Source: an uncultured Gemmatimonadales bacterium (lineage in GTDB: Bacteria > Gemmatimonadota > Gemmatimonadetes > Gemmatimonadales > GWC2-71-9). Taken from it: 64,000 nucleotides of DNA. Within the stretch, counting starts at the first letter, position 1, and each line of letters starts with the position of its first letter. A program made the position numbers and the translations under genes. Shown one piece after another: positions 39,849 through 60,611 of this stretch. The stretch covers positions 258,326 through 322,325 of the forward strand of contig CAWJMT010000037.1 in NCBI GenBank assembly GCA_963844035.1. Direction: 5' to 3'. The notes under the pieces were generated by a model. That model was not told the origin of the DNA. It did no database searches and saw only the letters and a program-made list of their open reading frames with translations.

Positions 39849-40906
39849 TGACGACTCTAGATCTGACCGGGCTGGTCCACCCGCACCTGGTCGAGATGAC
39901 CAAGCGGGAAGACAACCCGAATGCCGCCGAGTTCCGGCTGCAGCCGCTCGAGCGCGGCTATGGGTACACGCTCGGGAATTCGCTCCGCCGCATGATGTTG
40001 TCCTCGCTGCGCGGCGCTGCCGTGTGGGCGTTCCGGTTGGAGGGGGTCGTGCACGAGCACCAGACGATCCCCGGGGTGGTCGAGGACGTGCATCAGATCA
40101 TCCAGCGTCTCAAGCAGCTGACGCTGGTGCTGGCACCCGACGCCGACGAGGCCGTGCTGCACATCAAGCGCGACAAGGCGGGTCCCGTCTATGCGCGCGA
40201 TATCGAACCCCATGCCGCCGTCACGGTGGTGAGCCCGGACCTGCTGTTGTTCACGCTGCAGGACGAGCGGGACATCGGCGGCGAGCTGTACGTGAATAAG
40301 GGCCGTGGCTACGTCGAGGCCGAGCAGCACCCGCTGGATCGCACGATGCCGGTGGATGTCGTGCGGATCGATTCGATCTACAATCCGGTGCGGCGCGCCA
40401 ACTTCAGCGTCGCGGAGACGCGCGTGGGGCAGCGCACCGACTACGACCGGCTGACGCTGACGGTCGAGACGAACGGGGCTATCTCACCGGAAGACGCGGT
40501 CGCGTACGCGGCGGCACTCGCGCAGGAGCACTTTCGGTACTTCGTGGATTTCGGCAAGGTGCCGATGATCGCCGCGGCGCCCGCGGGCAATGGCGGAACC
40601 GCCATCGGGCCGCTGATGGAGCTGTTGGGCCGCAGCATCGACGACGTGGGTTTGTCGGTGCGCTCGGTGAACTCGCTCAAGAATTCCAGCGTGCGCACGC
40701 TCGCCGACCTGGTGCAGTATCGGGAAGAGGACCTGCTCAAGGTGAAGAACGTCGGCGAGAAGGCGCTGGGAGAAATCGCCGAGTTGCTGCGCCGTGAAGG
40801 CCTGAACTTCGGGATGAAGATCGAAGAAGTTGACGGCGAGCTGCGCGTGGCGGATCCGGGAGCCGTACCCATGGCGCAGCCCACGGATGGCGGGGAGGAC
40901 GAGTAG
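39845..40906 (+). CDS. rpoA: RNA polymerase alpha subunit
   Basis: PLERGYGYTLGNSLRR, TRVGQRTDYD and LSVRSVNSL. Confidence 0.98.
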   Translation: MMTTLDLTGLVHPHLVEMTKREDNPNAAEFRLQPLERGYGYTLGNSLRRMMLSSLRGAAVWAFRLEGVVHEHQTIPGVVEDVHQIIQRLKQLTLVLAPDADEAVLHIKRDKAGPVYARDIEPHAAVTVVSPDLLLFTLQDERDIGGELYVNKGRGYVEAEQHPLDRTMPVDVVRIDSIYNPVRRANFSVAETRVGQRTDYDRLTLTVETNGAISPEDAVAYAAALAQEHFRYFVDFGKVPMIAAAPAGNGGTAIGPLMELLGRSIDDVGLSVRSVNSLKNSSVRTLADLVQYREEDLLKVKNVGEKALGEIAELLRREGLNFGMKIEEVDGELRVADPGAVPMAQPTDGGEDE

Positions 40907-41262
40907 TGCGGCATCGAGCCAAGCACCGGCAGCTTTCGCGCACCGCGAGCCACCGCAAGGCGATGCTCGCGAACATGGCCACGAGCCTGTTCAAGCACGA
41001 TCGCATCGAGACGACCGAGGCGAAGGCGAAGGAGCTGCGCCCCTACGCCGAGCGGCTCATCACGCTGGCGCGCCGCGGCGATCTGCACGCGCGGCGCATG
41101 GCGGAGGCGCGGCTCAAGGACCGCGAGGTCACCCAGCGGTTGTTCAAGGAGCTCGCGCCGCGGTTCGCGACGCGCCCCGGAGGGTACACCCGCATCATCA
41201 AATTGGGGCATCGCGTCGGTGACGGCGCGGACATTGCCCGGATCGAACTGCTGAGTGAGTAA
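40906..41262 (+). CDS. rplQ: 50S ribosomal protein L17
   Basis: RHRAKHRQLSRTASHRKAML and RPGGYTRIIK. Confidence 0.98.
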   Translation: MRHRAKHRQLSRTASHRKAMLANMATSLFKHDRIETTEAKAKELRPYAERLITLARRGDLHARRMAEARLKDREVTQRLFKELAPRFATRPGGYTRIIKLGHRVGDGADIARIELLSE

Positions 41263-41287
41263 GGGGTCGCCCATGCGAGCGACGGAG

Positions 41288-41320
41288 AGGGGGACCCTGT
41301 TGGGTCCCCCTTCTTCTTTA
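41288..41320. terminator. Intrinsic terminator between convergent rplQ and rpmB
   Basis: 10-bp stem agggggaccc-tgtt-gggtccccct followed by tcttcttta. Confidence 0.8.
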
Positions 41321-41509
41321 GGAGGCCTTCACCACGCGGTTCGACTTGAGGCAGCGGGTGCACACACGCAGTCGCTGCGTGAGACCGCCGACCTGCGCGC
41401 GGACCCGCTGCAGGTTGGGGTACCAGCGCCGGAGGGTCTTGTTGTTCGCGTGGCTGACGTTGTGCCCCGTGATGGGGCCCTTGCCACAGATGTCACACTT
41501 TCGAGCCAT
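41318..41509 (-). CDS. rpmB: 50S ribosomal protein L28
   Basis: [34 protein letters not shown]...VCTRCLKS. Confidence 0.96.
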   Translation of the reverse strand: MARKCDICGKGPITGHNVSHANNKTLRRWYPNLQRVRAQVGGLTQRLRVCTRCLKSNRVVKAS

Positions 41510-41533
41510 GGGCAACGATCCGACAGAGAATGA

Positions 41534-46802
<5,269 letters not shown>

Positions 46803-47743
46803 CCAAGCCGGCGGGAAAAGCGGCCGCGCGGACGAGCCGCCAAGCCCGCGGCGCCGCCGCCGCCGCCCAAGCTCAAGTTCCGCGGCCGCATGCTCGAGAA
46901 CGAGGTGCTGGCCCGCTACTCCACGTACCGGATCGGCGGCCCGGCCCGGTATTTCCTCGGCCCCGCGGAGGTGGACGACGTCGCGAAGGCGCTCCAGTTC
47001 GCTGAGGACAAGGGCGTGCCGTGGATCGTGCTGGGCCTGGGCTCGAACGTCCTCGTGAAGGACGGCGGCTTTCCCGGCCTCATCATCCGTCTGGGGAAAG
47101 GGCTCGACAAGTTCGAGATGAAGGGGGCGACCGCGATCGTCGGCGCCGGCATGCCGACGCCGCTGCTGGCGCGCCGCACCGCCGAAGCCGGATTCGCCGG
47201 CGTCGAGCGCTTCATCGGCATCCCCGGCACCGTCGGCGGCGGGGTCTACATGAACGCCGGCTGCCACGGCGCGGAGTTCGCCGAAATCGTCACGGAAGTG
47301 ACGTGATGGATGCCGCGGGCAAGGTCAAGCAGCTCACCCGCAAACAGGTGCCGTTCAAGTACCGCACGAGCGGGCTGGGACAGGTCATCGTGCTCGAGGC
47401 GAAGCTCAGCCTGGGCGAGGAGAATCCCGCCAAGCTGAAGGAGGTCCAGAGCCGGTTGCTGCGCTGGCGCAAGGCGGGCACCCCGTTCGACCAGCCGTGC
47501 TGCGGCTCGGTCTTCAAGAACCCCTCGGGGAACCGGACCGCTGGGATGCTGATCGAGGAGGCGGGGCTGAAGGGCTTCCGAATCGGTGGGGCGCACGTCT
47601 CCATTCTGCACGCGAACTACATCGTCAACACCGGCAACGCGACGGCGAGCGACGTGCTCAAGGTCATCGACCACGTCCGCAAGACGGTGGCCAAGAAGAT
47701 GAGCGTCGAGCTCGAGCTCGAAGTGAAAGTGATCGGGGTGTAG

Positions 47744-48334
47744 ATGGCCGACGTGTTCGTGCACGAGTCGAGCTACGTCGACGAGGGCGCACAGCTCGGC
47801 GCGGGCACCAAGGTTTGGCATTTCTGCCACATCATGGCCGGGGCGGTGATCGGTGAGCGGTGTAACCTCGGCCAGAACGTGGTGGTCATGCCGGGCGCCC
47901 GCCTCGGCAACAACGTCAAAGTGCAGAACAATGTCTCGATCTACGAGGGCGTCGAGCTCGAGGACGACGTGTTCTGCGGGCCGTCGTGCGTATTCACCAA
48001 CGTGCTCAATCCGCGCAGCCATGTTTCCCGCAAGCACGAGTACCAGAAGACGCTCGTCCGCCGCGGCGCCACCATCGGTGCGAATGCAACCATCGTGTGC
48101 GGCGTCACCCTGGGCGAGTACGCGTTCATCGGTGCCGGCGCCGTGGTGACCTCGGACGCGCCCGCCTACGGCCTGATGGTGGGCGTTCCCGCCCGCCGCG
48201 TGGGGTGGATGTGCCAGTGCGGTGAGCGGCTGACGACGAGTGGGGGCGCTGGGACCTGCCCGGCGTGCGGTTCTTCCTACCAGGAATCAGGCGGGCTGCT
48301 GCGACCGATTGCCCCATCCAGGGTCGCTAGGTAA
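47744..48334 (+). CDS. Hexapeptide N-acetyltransferase, WbpD-like, with C-terminal Zn ribbon
   Basis: [28 protein letters not shown] and CQCG...CPACG. Confidence 0.88.
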   Translation: MADVFVHESSYVDEGAQLGAGTKVWHFCHIMAGAVIGERCNLGQNVVVMPGARLGNNVKVQNNVSIYEGVELEDDVFCGPSCVFTNVLNPRSHVSRKHEYQKTLVRRGATIGANATIVCGVTLGEYAFIGAGAVVTSDAPAYGLMVGVPARRVGWMCQCGERLTTSGGAGTCPACGSSYQESGGLLRPIAPSRVAR

Positions 48335-48364
48335 ATTGTTGCGCCTTCTAAGGATACAACACAC

Positions 48365-49480
48365 GTGAACGTGCCGCTCCTGGATTTGGTGGCGCAGTAC
48401 AGCGCGATCAAGAGCGACCTCCTTCCGGCGCTGCAGGCGGTCATCGAGTCGCAGTACTTCATCATGGGTCCCGCCGTCGCGCAGCTCGAGACGGCGGTCG
48501 CCCAGGTGTCCCACGCCCGGCACGGAATCGGCTGCGCGAGCGGGACCGATGCCCTCCTGCTCCCGCTGAAGACGCTCCAGCTCAAGCCGGGCGACGAGGT
48601 GATCACCACCACGTTCACGTTCTTCGCCACGGCCGGTGCGATCCACAACGCCGGGGGGACGCCGGTGTTCGTGGACATCGAACCCGACACATTCAATCTC
48701 GATCCCGCAGCCGTCGAGGCCGCCGTCACGCCGCGGACCCGCGCGATCCTGCCGGTGCACCTGTACGGGCAAATGGCGGCGATGGAACGGTTGATGACGA
48801 TCGCGAAACGGCACGGGGTCCCGGTGATCGAGGATGCCTGCCAGGCGATCGGCGCCCGCCGCTCGATCGACGGCGAGTGGCGCCTGGCCGGAGAGCTGGG
48901 GTGGGTCTCGGGCTTCTCGTTTTTCCCGAGCAAGAACCTCGGTGCGTGGGGCGACGGCGGGATGATGGTGACCTCGGACGACCAGGCCGCCGAGCGTCTC
49001 CGCAAGCTGCGGCTGCACGGCGGCGCCAAGCAGTATCACCATGATGAGATCGGGACCAACTCGCGCCTCGACACCCTGCAGGCGGCGATTCTGCTGGCCA
49101 AGCTGCCCCATCTCGCCGGTTGGTCGGCGCGCCGGCGGGAGCACGCGGCGTATTACACGGCGGCGTTTGCCTCCGTCGGCCCGGTCAAGCCGCCCGTGGT
49201 CGAGCGGAGCAACGAGCACATCTTTCACCAATACACCCTGCGGACCGAGCGGCGCGACGAGCTCCAGGCGCATCTGAAGAGCAAGGGGATCGGGTCCGCC
49301 GTCTACTATCCGATTCCACTCCACCTCCAGGCCTGCTTCAGCCACCTCGGGTACAAGGCCGGCCGCCTGCCCGTGGCGGAGCAAGCGGCGCGCGAGGTGC
49401 TGTCGCTCCCGATCTACCCGGAGCTCACGCGCGAGCAGCTCGACTACGTGGTGGACGGGATCCGCGGGTTCTACCGGTGA
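48365..49480 (+). CDS. DegT/DnrJ aminotransferase, WbpE-like
   Basis: ASGTDAL, PVHLYGQ, EDACQA, SFFPSKNLGAWGDGG and NSRLDTLQAA. Confidence 0.92.
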   Translation: MNVPLLDLVAQYSAIKSDLLPALQAVIESQYFIMGPAVAQLETAVAQVSHARHGIGCASGTDALLLPLKTLQLKPGDEVITTTFTFFATAGAIHNAGGTPVFVDIEPDTFNLDPAAVEAAVTPRTRAILPVHLYGQMAAMERLMTIAKRHGVPVIEDACQAIGARRSIDGEWRLAGELGWVSGFSFFPSKNLGAWGDGGMMVTSDDQAAERLRKLRLHGGAKQYHHDEIGTNSRLDTLQAAILLAKLPHLAGWSARRREHAAYYTAAFASVGPVKPPVVERSNEHIFHQYTLRTERRDELQAHLKSKGIGSAVYYPIPLHLQACFSHLGYKAGRLPVAEQAAREVLSLPIYPELTREQLDYVVDGIRGFYR

Positions 49481-50483
49481 GCCGTCTCAAGGTCGGGGTC
49501 GTCGGGGCGGGGAACTGGGGCAAGAATCATGTTCGCTCGGTCGCCGGGCTCGCCGATGCCGAGCTGGCAGCGGTGTGCGACACCGATGGCAAGACGCGGG
49601 AGCGCATCGCGCGTCAGTTCCCATCGGCGCATGTCGGCGGGGACGTGGCGGCGCTGCTCACGCGCGTCGACGCCGTGATCGTCGCGTCGCCGGCCGCGAC
49701 GCACGCCGCGGTCGCGCTCCAGTGCCTCGACGCCGGAAAGCCGTGCCTGATCGAGAAGCCGTTCGCGCTGAACACGCGCGATGCCGAGGCCATCGCCCAG
49801 CGCGCCGCCGACCGCAAGGTGCCGGTGCTCGCCGGCCACCTGCTGCTGTTCCACCCCGCGGTGGAGCATCTGCGCACGCTGGTGCGGGCGGGGGAGCTGG
49901 GCGCGATCTACTACCTGTACGGGTTGCGGGTGAACCTCGGCCAGGTGCGCGCGGACGAGAATGCTCTGTGGAGCTTCGGGCCGCACGACGTGTCGGTCGC
50001 CCTGTATCTCCTGGGTGAGGCGCCCGTGCGCGTGGCCGCGCAGGGACGGAGCTATCTCCAGCCCAACGTGGAGGATGTCGTCTTTCTTACGATGGATTTC
50101 GCGAGCGGTGCGCTGGCCCACGTCCAGCTGTCCTGGCTCGATCCGCACAAGGAGAGGAGACTCACCGTGGTGGGGGCGAAAAAAATGGTGGTGTTCGACG
50201 ACATGGAGCCGCGCGAGAAGCTGCGGATCTATGACAAGGGCGTGGATCGGCCCCCGGAGTACGCGTCCTACGGCGAGAGCCTCGCGATCCGCGAGGGCGA
50301 CATCTTCATTCCTCGCATCCCCAACGTCGAGCCGCTCGCTGCGGAGCTGCAGCACTTCGTGCGGGTGGCGCGGGGCGCCGAGGCGCCGCGCGTCGGACGC
50401 CGCGGACGGCGTGCGCGTGGTGCGCGTGCTGGAGGCGGCGACCCGCTCGCTCGCGGCGGGCGGCACGCCGGTGAGCCCTGTGA
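49477..50483 (+). CDS. Gfo/Idh/MocA oxidoreductase, WbpB-like (frame breaks near C-terminus)
   Basis: VVGAGNWG, IEKP, GHLLLFHP and PHD. Confidence 0.85.
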
Positions 50484-51807
50484 AGCCAGCCGCTCCGGCG
50501 GGCACTCCCGCCGACGTCCTGGTCGCGAAGGCGCAGGACCGCAGCGCCCTGATCGGCATCGTGGGCTTGGGCTACGTCGGACTCCCGCTCGCCATGGAGT
50601 TCGCGCGCGCGGGGTTCCGGGTGCTCGGGATTCGATGTGAGCAAAGCCGGCGGTGGACGGGCTCAACGCGGGACGCTCGCACGTGCAGGATGTGCCGAGT
50701 GCGGAGCTCGCGGCATTCGTCAAGAGCGGGAAGTTCTCGGCCACCGCGGACCTGACGCGCCTGAACGAGCCCGACGTGGTCTCGATCTGCGTCCCGACGC
50801 CCCTCTCCAAGACCAAAGACCCCGATGTCAGCTACGTGCTCGCGGCGACGAACTCGGTCAAGCAGACGCTGCGCCGCGGGCAGCTGATTGTCCTCGAGTC
50901 CACGACGTATCCAGGGACTACCCGCGAGCTGATGCTCCCGGCGCTCGAGAGCATCGGCCTCAAGGTCGGCGAAGACTTCTTCCTGGCGTTCTCTCCCGAG
51001 CGCGTCGACCCCGGCAATCCGACCTGGAACACGCACAACACGCCCAAGGTCGTGGGCGGCATTACCGAGACCTGCCGCCGGGTGAGCATGGCGGTGTACC
51101 AGCCGGCGATCGAGCGGCTGGTCCCCATGTCGTCGTGCGAAGCCGCCGAGCTGGTGAAAATCCTCGAGAACACGTTCCGGAGCGTCAACATCGGGCTCGT
51201 GAACGAGATGGCGATCGTGTGCGACAAGCTCGGCGTCGACGTATGGGAGGTGATCGAGGCGGCGGCCACGAAGCCCTTCGGCTTCATGAAGTTCACGCCC
51301 GGGCCGGGGGTCGGCGGCCACTGCATCCCGCTCGATCCGCACTACCTCGCCTGGAAGATGCGCACGCTCAACTACCGCACGCGTTTCATCGAGCTCGCGG
51401 GCGAGATCAACGCCGCGATGCCCGAGTATTGGGTGGCGCGCGCCGTCGACCTCTTGAACGACCAGGGGAAAGCCGCCCGCGGCAGCAAGGTGCTCGTGAT
51501 CGGGGTCGCCTACAAGAAGGACATCGGCGATATCCGGGAGAGCCCGGCGCTCGACGTGATTCGCCTGCTCGAGCGGCGCGGCGCGGTCGTCAGCTACCAC
51601 GACCCGCACGTCCCCACCTTCAAGGAAGACGACATCGAGCTCAAGTCGGTGCCGCTGACGCCTGAGTCGCTGCGGGCCGTGGACTGCGCGATCATCGTCA
51701 CCGACCACGCCGCCATCGACTATGCGCTCGTGGCCCGGCACGCCCGCGTGGTGGTGGACACGCGCAATGCGCTCGCCAAGGTGCGCGAGCGGGGGCGCGC
51801 AAAGTGA
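50480..51807 (+). CDS. UDP-GlcNAc 6-dehydrogenase, WbpA-like (frame break near 50635)
   Basis: [35 protein letters not shown] and [11 protein letters not shown]. Confidence 0.9.
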
Positions 51808-53124
51808 AGGTCGCCGTCATCGGTACCGGGTACGTCGGGCTCGTCGTCGGGGCGTGCCTGGCGGAGACGGGGAACGACGTCGTGTGCGCGGATCTGGACG
51901 CCCGGAAGATCGACGGTCTGCGCCACAACCAGCTCCCGATCTACGAGCCGGGGCTCGAGCAGATCGTGGTGCGCAATCAGCACGCGGGGCGGCTGCAGTT
52001 CACCACCGACGTGGGCGATGCGATCGAGCGGTCCGATATCGTGTTCATCGCCGTCGGCACGCCGCAGGACGAGGACGGATCAGCCGATCTCCAGCACGTG
52101 CTCGATGCCGCGCGCACGATCGGCCGCCACATGAATAGTCCCAAGATCGTGATCACCAAGAGCACGGTCCCCGCCGGCACCGCCGAGCGCGTTCGCGTCG
52201 AGATCGCGGGCCAGACCAAGTCTTCGTTCCACGTCTGCTCGAATCCGGAGTTCCTGAAGGAGGGGGCGGCGATCGACGACTTCATGAAGCCCGACCGGGT
52301 GGTGGTCGGCGTCGATTCCGCCGAAGCGGCGCAGGTGCTCGGGGAGCTGTACGCCCCGTTCGTCCGGACCGGCAATCCGATCATCTTCATGGATATCGCG
52401 TCGGCGGAAATGACCAAGTACGCCGCGAACGCGATGCTCGCGACCAGAATCTCCTTCATGAACCAGATGGCGCGCCTGTGCGAGGCGGTCGGCGCCGACA
52501 TCACGCTGGTGCGGAAGGGTATCGGCGTCGACCGGCGCATCGGACCGGCGTTCCTGTTTCCCGGCCCGGGCTACGGCGGATCGTGCTTCCCCAAGGACGT
52601 CCAGGCGCTCATCCGTACCGGCGAAGAGCGCGGCGTGCCGCTCGATATCCTCAAGGCGGTCGAGCAGGCGAACAGCCGCCAAAAGCTCGTGTTGTTCGAG
52701 AAGCTCGCGCGTCACTTCGACGGCGATCTCCGACGCGCGACGATCGCCGTCTGGGGGCTCGCGTTCAAGGCGGAGACGGACGACGTTCGCGAGAGCCCGG
52801 CGCTGGTCCTCGTCGAGGAGCTGCTGCGCGCCGGCGCGCAGGTGCGGGTGCACGACCCCGCCGCGCATCGAGTCGGCGCGCCGCTACCTCAGGGACCGCG
52901 TCGTCTACGCCGCGCAGGCGTACGAGGCGCTCGAGGGTGCCACGGCGCTGGTGATCGTCACGGAGTGGCTCGAGTACCGCAACCCGGATTTCGACCGCAT
53001 CAAGCGACTGCTCGCGCGGCCGCTGATCGTCGACGGACGCAACCTCTACGACCCGGACCGCCTCGCGCGCCTCGGGTTCACCTACGACAGCATCGGACGC
53101 CGGCTCGCATGCGCATCCTCGTAA
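51804..53124 (+). CDS. ugd: UDP-glucose 6-dehydrogenase (frame break near 52867)
   Basis: [22 protein letters not shown] and [10 protein letters not shown]. The corrected frame ends ...DGRNLYD...*. Confidence 0.92.
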
Positions 53125-54044
53125 CCGGCGCGGCGGGATTTCTCGGCTCCCATCTCTGCGATCGGCTGCTCGCGGCAGGGCACCGGGTGATCGGGATGGA
53201 CAACTTCATCACCGGCAGCCCCGCGAACATCGCGCACCTCGAGCACCACGCCCAGTTCCAATTCGTTCGTCACGACGTCACCACCTTCATCGACGTCGAA
53301 GGCCCGCTCGATGGCGTGCTGCACTTCGCCAGCCCGGCCAGCCCCATCGACTATCTCGAGCTGCCGATCCAGACCCTCAAGGTCGGGTCGCTCGGGACCC
53401 ACAAGGCGCTCGGACTCGCGAAAGCCAAAGGCGCGCGCTTTCTGCTCGCGTCCACCTCGGAGGTGTACGGCGATCCCCTGGTCCATCCGCAGCCCGAGAG
53501 CTATTGGGGCAACGTCAATCCCGTCGGCCCGCGCGGCGTGTACGACGAAGCGAAGCGGTTCGCCGAAGCGATGACCATGGCGTACCATCGGTTTCACGGC
53601 CTCGATACCCGGATCGTGCGCATCTTCAACACCTACGGCCCGCGGATGCGCCCTCACGACGGACGGGTGGTCTCGAACTTCATCGTGCAGGCGCTCAAGA
53701 ATGAGTCGCTCACCGTGTATGGCGACGGGCGGCAGACGCGCTCGTTCTGCTACGTGGACGACCTGATTGAGGGCATCATCCGGTTGTTCGAGCGCGGCGG
53801 GCCCGACCCGACCAACATCGGCAATCCGATCGAGTTCACGGTGCGTCAGCTCGCGACCGAAGTGCTCCGGCTGACCGGGGCGCGCGGCCCGATCGTGGAG
53901 CGCCCCCTGCCGGTGGACGACCCCAAGGTCCGCCAGCCGGACATCACCCGCGCCCGCTCGATGCTCGGATGGGAGCCGGCCGTCTCGCTCGAGGAGGGGC
54001 TGCGCAAGACCATCGACTATTTCAAGCGCCTGGGCCCGGGATGA
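53109..54044 (+). CDS. UDP-glucuronate decarboxylase (UDP-xylose synthase) family
   Basis: [34 protein letters not shown] and [10 protein letters not shown]. Confidence 0.92.
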   Translation: MRILVTGAAGFLGSHLCDRLLAAGHRVIGMDNFITGSPANIAHLEHHAQFQFVRHDVTTFIDVEGPLDGVLHFASPASPIDYLELPIQTLKVGSLGTHKALGLAKAKGARFLLASTSEVYGDPLVHPQPESYWGNVNPVGPRGVYDEAKRFAEAMTMAYHRFHGLDTRIVRIFNTYGPRMRPHDGRVVSNFIVQALKNESLTVYGDGRQTRSFCYVDDLIEGIIRLFERGGPDPTNIGNPIEFTVRQLATEVLRLTGARGPIVERPLPVDDPKVRQPDITRARSMLGWEPAVSLEEGLRKTIDYFKRLGPG

Positions 54045-54086
54045 CTGTGACCCTATCTATATTAGTGACGCGGTGGGAGGCGACTC

Positions 54087-54855
54087 ATGGACGTTAGTCC
54101 TGAGCATCTGGTCGAGCAGGCCAACGAGCGGTTCCAGTTGCAGGACTACTATGGCGCCATCCACCTCCTCGAAGAGGTCGTGGCGACCGGCCGGGCGTTC
54201 GCCGACGCCCACCACCTCCTCGGGCTCTGTTACTCCCTCGTGGGGCAGGCCGAACCCGGCGCTCGCCCAGTTCGACCGCGCGCTGCAGCTGAACCCCCGC
54301 TACGTCGAAGCGCTGCTGCACCGCGCCATCGTCCTGAACGAGCTGGGGCGCGAGGACGAGGCGGACGCGATGTTCCGCCGGGCGGTCCAGGTCGGTGGCG
54401 AAGCGCGTCAGGGGTTTCCCGCCCCCGTGGCCGCGAAGCTCGCAAACCAGCACGCCAGGCTGGGGGATGCCTACGTCGAATCGGGCGGCCTCAACCAGGC
54501 CATCCGTGAGTACCAGGAGGCGTTGGCACTGGGACCCGAGTTCCATGATCTGCGGTATAAGTTGGGGCGATTGCTCATAGAAGCCGGACGCGCCCTCGAC
54601 GCCCGCGAACAGTTTGCCATCATCGTCCGGAGCCGGCCGGCGTTTCTCGATGCCGCGGCGATGCTCGGGCTCGCGTGCTATCTCGCGGGGGACGGCTTGA
54701 GCGCTCGCGCCGTGTGGGAAGAGTGCCGGGAGCGCAGGCCGGAGGATCCCAGGGTGGAAGCGTATCTCGCGATGCTGGCGCGCAACGACCACACCGCCGC
54801 GCCCCGAGGAGGCGGCAGGGGAAAGTCGCAGGACGAAGTACGTGAAGGGCTGTGA
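54087..54855 (+). CDS. TPR protein (frame break near 54255)
   Basis: SD ggagg. TPR motifs FADAHHLLG, ALQLNPRYVEA and ALALGPEFHD. Confidence 0.85.
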
Positions 54856-55758
54856 TGATCGTGCTCGCCGGGCTGGTGTGCGCCTGCGGGCGGTCAGCGG
54901 CCGATCACGAAGAACTGGGTGACCGCGCCTATGCCGCCGGCGCCTACCGGGATGCGCTGGCCGAGTACCAGCTCGGCGTGAAGGCCGGCGCGACGCCCGA
55001 TCTGCACGCCAAGAGCGGCGCTGCCGCGCTCCACACGCAGGACTACGCATTCGCGGCGGGCGAGTACCGCGCGCTGGCCGAGCGCGACCGGTCCCGCGCG
55101 AGCGAGGCTGCGGAAGGTCTGGAGCGCGTCGTGCGCGCGGCGGTGACGGCGAACGACCGCTCGGGGTTGGCGAGCGCGCTCGCCGCCCTCCAGGCGGTGG
55201 CGCCGAGCCGCCCCCTCGGACGCTACGCCCGGCTCGTGGCGCTCGACGCCGCGGCGCGGGGCGACACCGCCGCGGCGCTGGCGCTGCTGCCGGTCGCCGT
55301 GGCGGCCGCTCCCGACGGGCGCAGCGCGGATTCGTTGCTGTTTGTGTACGGCATGGCGGCGGCCCGCGCCCGGGATTGCCAGACGGCCGTTCCCGCGATG
55401 GAAGGCGTGATCCGGCGCAAACGCGAGTCGAGCGTGATCGACGGCGCGCGCGAGGGATTGAGTCTGTGCCTGCTGATCGAGGGCCAGGCCCTGCTCGACC
55501 AGGGGAAACCGGCGGACGCGGAGAGTTGGTTCAAGCGCGCGACCGCGCCCGGCGCCTCGCTCGACGTGACGCGCACTGCCTACCTCGGGCTCGGCGACGT
55601 GCGGCCTCGCTCAGGGTGATGTGGTCGGTGCGCTGGAGAGCTACCAGCAGGCGATGGCGGGCGGGAATCCAGGAGACAGTATCACGATCCGCGCGCAGCA
55701 GAAGTTGAACGCGCTGGGGAAGGCGGACCCGGACGCGTCACCGCCCAAGCAATTGTGA
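54852..55758 (+). CDS. TPR-like lipoprotein (frame break near 55605)
   Basis: LVCAC lipobox and helical repeats. The corrected frame ends ...ASPPKQL*. Confidence 0.75.
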
Positions 55759-55763
55759 GGCAT

Positions 55764-56516
55764 ATGCGTTGGTATTGGCTGTTGAGTCTGGCGTTGCTCG
55801 GTGCCTGTCGTCCCTCGAACGTCAATTCGACGTTCCAGCCGGCGTCGGAGCCGGGACCAATCATCGTCAAAGCCCGCGCCGCGTTCCGCAGCGGAGATTT
55901 TAACACCGCGCTCCTCGACCTCCGCCGGCTGCAGTTCGAGCTCGGCCCCGGGGATTCGCTGGTCGGTGAGGTCCGCTACTACGTGGCGGAGTGCACGTTC
56001 CAGACGGGTGACCTCGCGACGGCCGCGCTCGCATTCCAAAAGATCGCCGAGGAGTTCCCGACCAGTGAGTATGCGTCGCTGTCGCTGTTGCGCGCCGGCG
56101 ACGCCAATCTGCGTCTGTGGCGGCGCCCGGACGTGGACGCCACATCCGGCCAGACGGCGCTGGCCGCCTATCGGGAGCTCATTGGGCGCTATCCGGGAAC
56201 GGATGCGGCAGCGCGGGCGCAGATCCGCATCCTTCACCTCAACGAGTGGTTCGCCGAGAAGAGCTTCAAGACCGCGAACTTCTACATGCGCCGCAAGGCG
56301 TACGATTCCGCCCTTCTCTACTTTAAGGACATCATCGCGAGCTACCCCGACACGCGATTCGTGCCGGACGCCTTGCTCCGGCTCGTGGACATCTACAACG
56401 CGATTGGCTACGTCGAGGAGCGGAAGGAGGCCTGCGCCAATCTCCGACGCTACTATCCGCAGACGTCTGGCCTCGCCACCCGCTGCCCGGCCGAGACGAG
56501 CGCCGGCGCGCCCTAG
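55764..56516 (+). CDS. bamD: Outer membrane protein assembly factor BamD
   Basis: Lipobox LLGAC, FPTSEYA, YRELIGRYP, AEKSFKTANFYMRRK and YPDT. Confidence 0.85.
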   Translation: MRWYWLLSLALLGACRPSNVNSTFQPASEPGPIIVKARAAFRSGDFNTALLDLRRLQFELGPGDSLVGEVRYYVAECTFQTGDLATAALAFQKIAEEFPTSEYASLSLLRAGDANLRLWRRPDVDATSGQTALAAYRELIGRYPGTDAAARAQIRILHLNEWFAEKSFKTANFYMRRKAYDSALLYFKDIIASYPDTRFVPDALLRLVDIYNAIGYVEERKEACANLRRYYPQTSGLATRCPAETSAGAP

Positions 56517-56517
56517 C

Positions 56518-57080
56518 GTGGAGGCGCTGTTCGGCGGCTCCTTCGATCCGGTGCATGTCGGCCACCTGATCGTCGCGGAAGCCGTCGCGGACGCGCTGGG
56601 CATGACGGTCCGGTTCGTCCCGGCGCGCGAACAGCCGCTCAAGCGTGCCGCGCCACGTGGCCTCCCCGGAGCAGCGCGCCGCGATGATCGAGGTCGCGAT
56701 CGCCGGCAATCCGCGGTTCCGTCTGGAGCGGATCGAGCTGGAGCTGCCGACGCCGTCCTACACCGTCCGTACCCTGCGGGCGCTCGCCGAGCGGGAGCCC
56801 GGGAACCGGTTCGTGTTGCTGGTGGGGGGCGATGCCGTCACGCGAGTTGCCGCACTGGCATGAGGTGGACGCGCTTCGCGGCCTCGCGGATCTGGTCGCC
56901 TTCGAGCGGCCTGGCGCCCCGCCGCCGTCTCACGACCTGATCGGACGGACGGTGGCGGTTCCATCGCTCGACATTTCGGCGACCGACGTGCGCGAGCGGG
57001 TGGCACGCGGCCGGTCGATACGCTACTTGGTGCCTGATGCCGTGCGCGAGTATATCACCGCGCACGGGTTGTATCGCTAG
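56518..57080 (+). CDS. nadD: Nicotinate-nucleotide adenylyltransferase (frame breaks)
   Basis: [30 protein letters not shown] and YITAHGLY. Confidence 0.92.
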
Positions 57081-57087
57081 GGGGACA

Positions 57088-60359
<3,272 letters not shown>

Positions 60360-60611
60360 ATAGGACTGCACTGACCGTTGTCGCGTGCGCCCGCACGCGT
60401 CGTACGCACGTCTAACCGCCGCGCCGGTGCGTGTGCTCACCAAGACCGCAGCTCTGGCTCGCGTGACCGCGATCACTGGACCTGCGGTCTTGCGTTCGCT
60501 CCACGATGTTTTCGCTGCTCGACTGGCAACCATCCGCACCCTCCGGGGGTAGGCCCACATGAGGTGCACGCGAAGCATGATTCTTCGCGTGCGAGCTGTG
60601 GATCATCCTAT
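60360..60611. other. Structured intergenic region with several stems (candidate ncRNA or leader)
   Basis: Perfect 11-bp (60441-51/60482-92), 10-bp (60566-75/60583-92) and 7-bp (60382-88/60393-99) stems. Confidence 0.4.

Noticed and set aside
50395..50640. Apparent in-frame WbpB-WbpA fusion
   Set aside because: A GTGA stop/start overlap at 50480-50483 fits two coupled genes with one extra base just upstream.
51804..54044. Apparent 746-aa Ugd-Uxs fusion (ArnA-like)
   Set aside because: The joining segment is out-of-frame nonsense. A one-base correction near 52867 restores the normal Ugd C-terminus ending at 53124, and Uxs has its own ATG at 53109.
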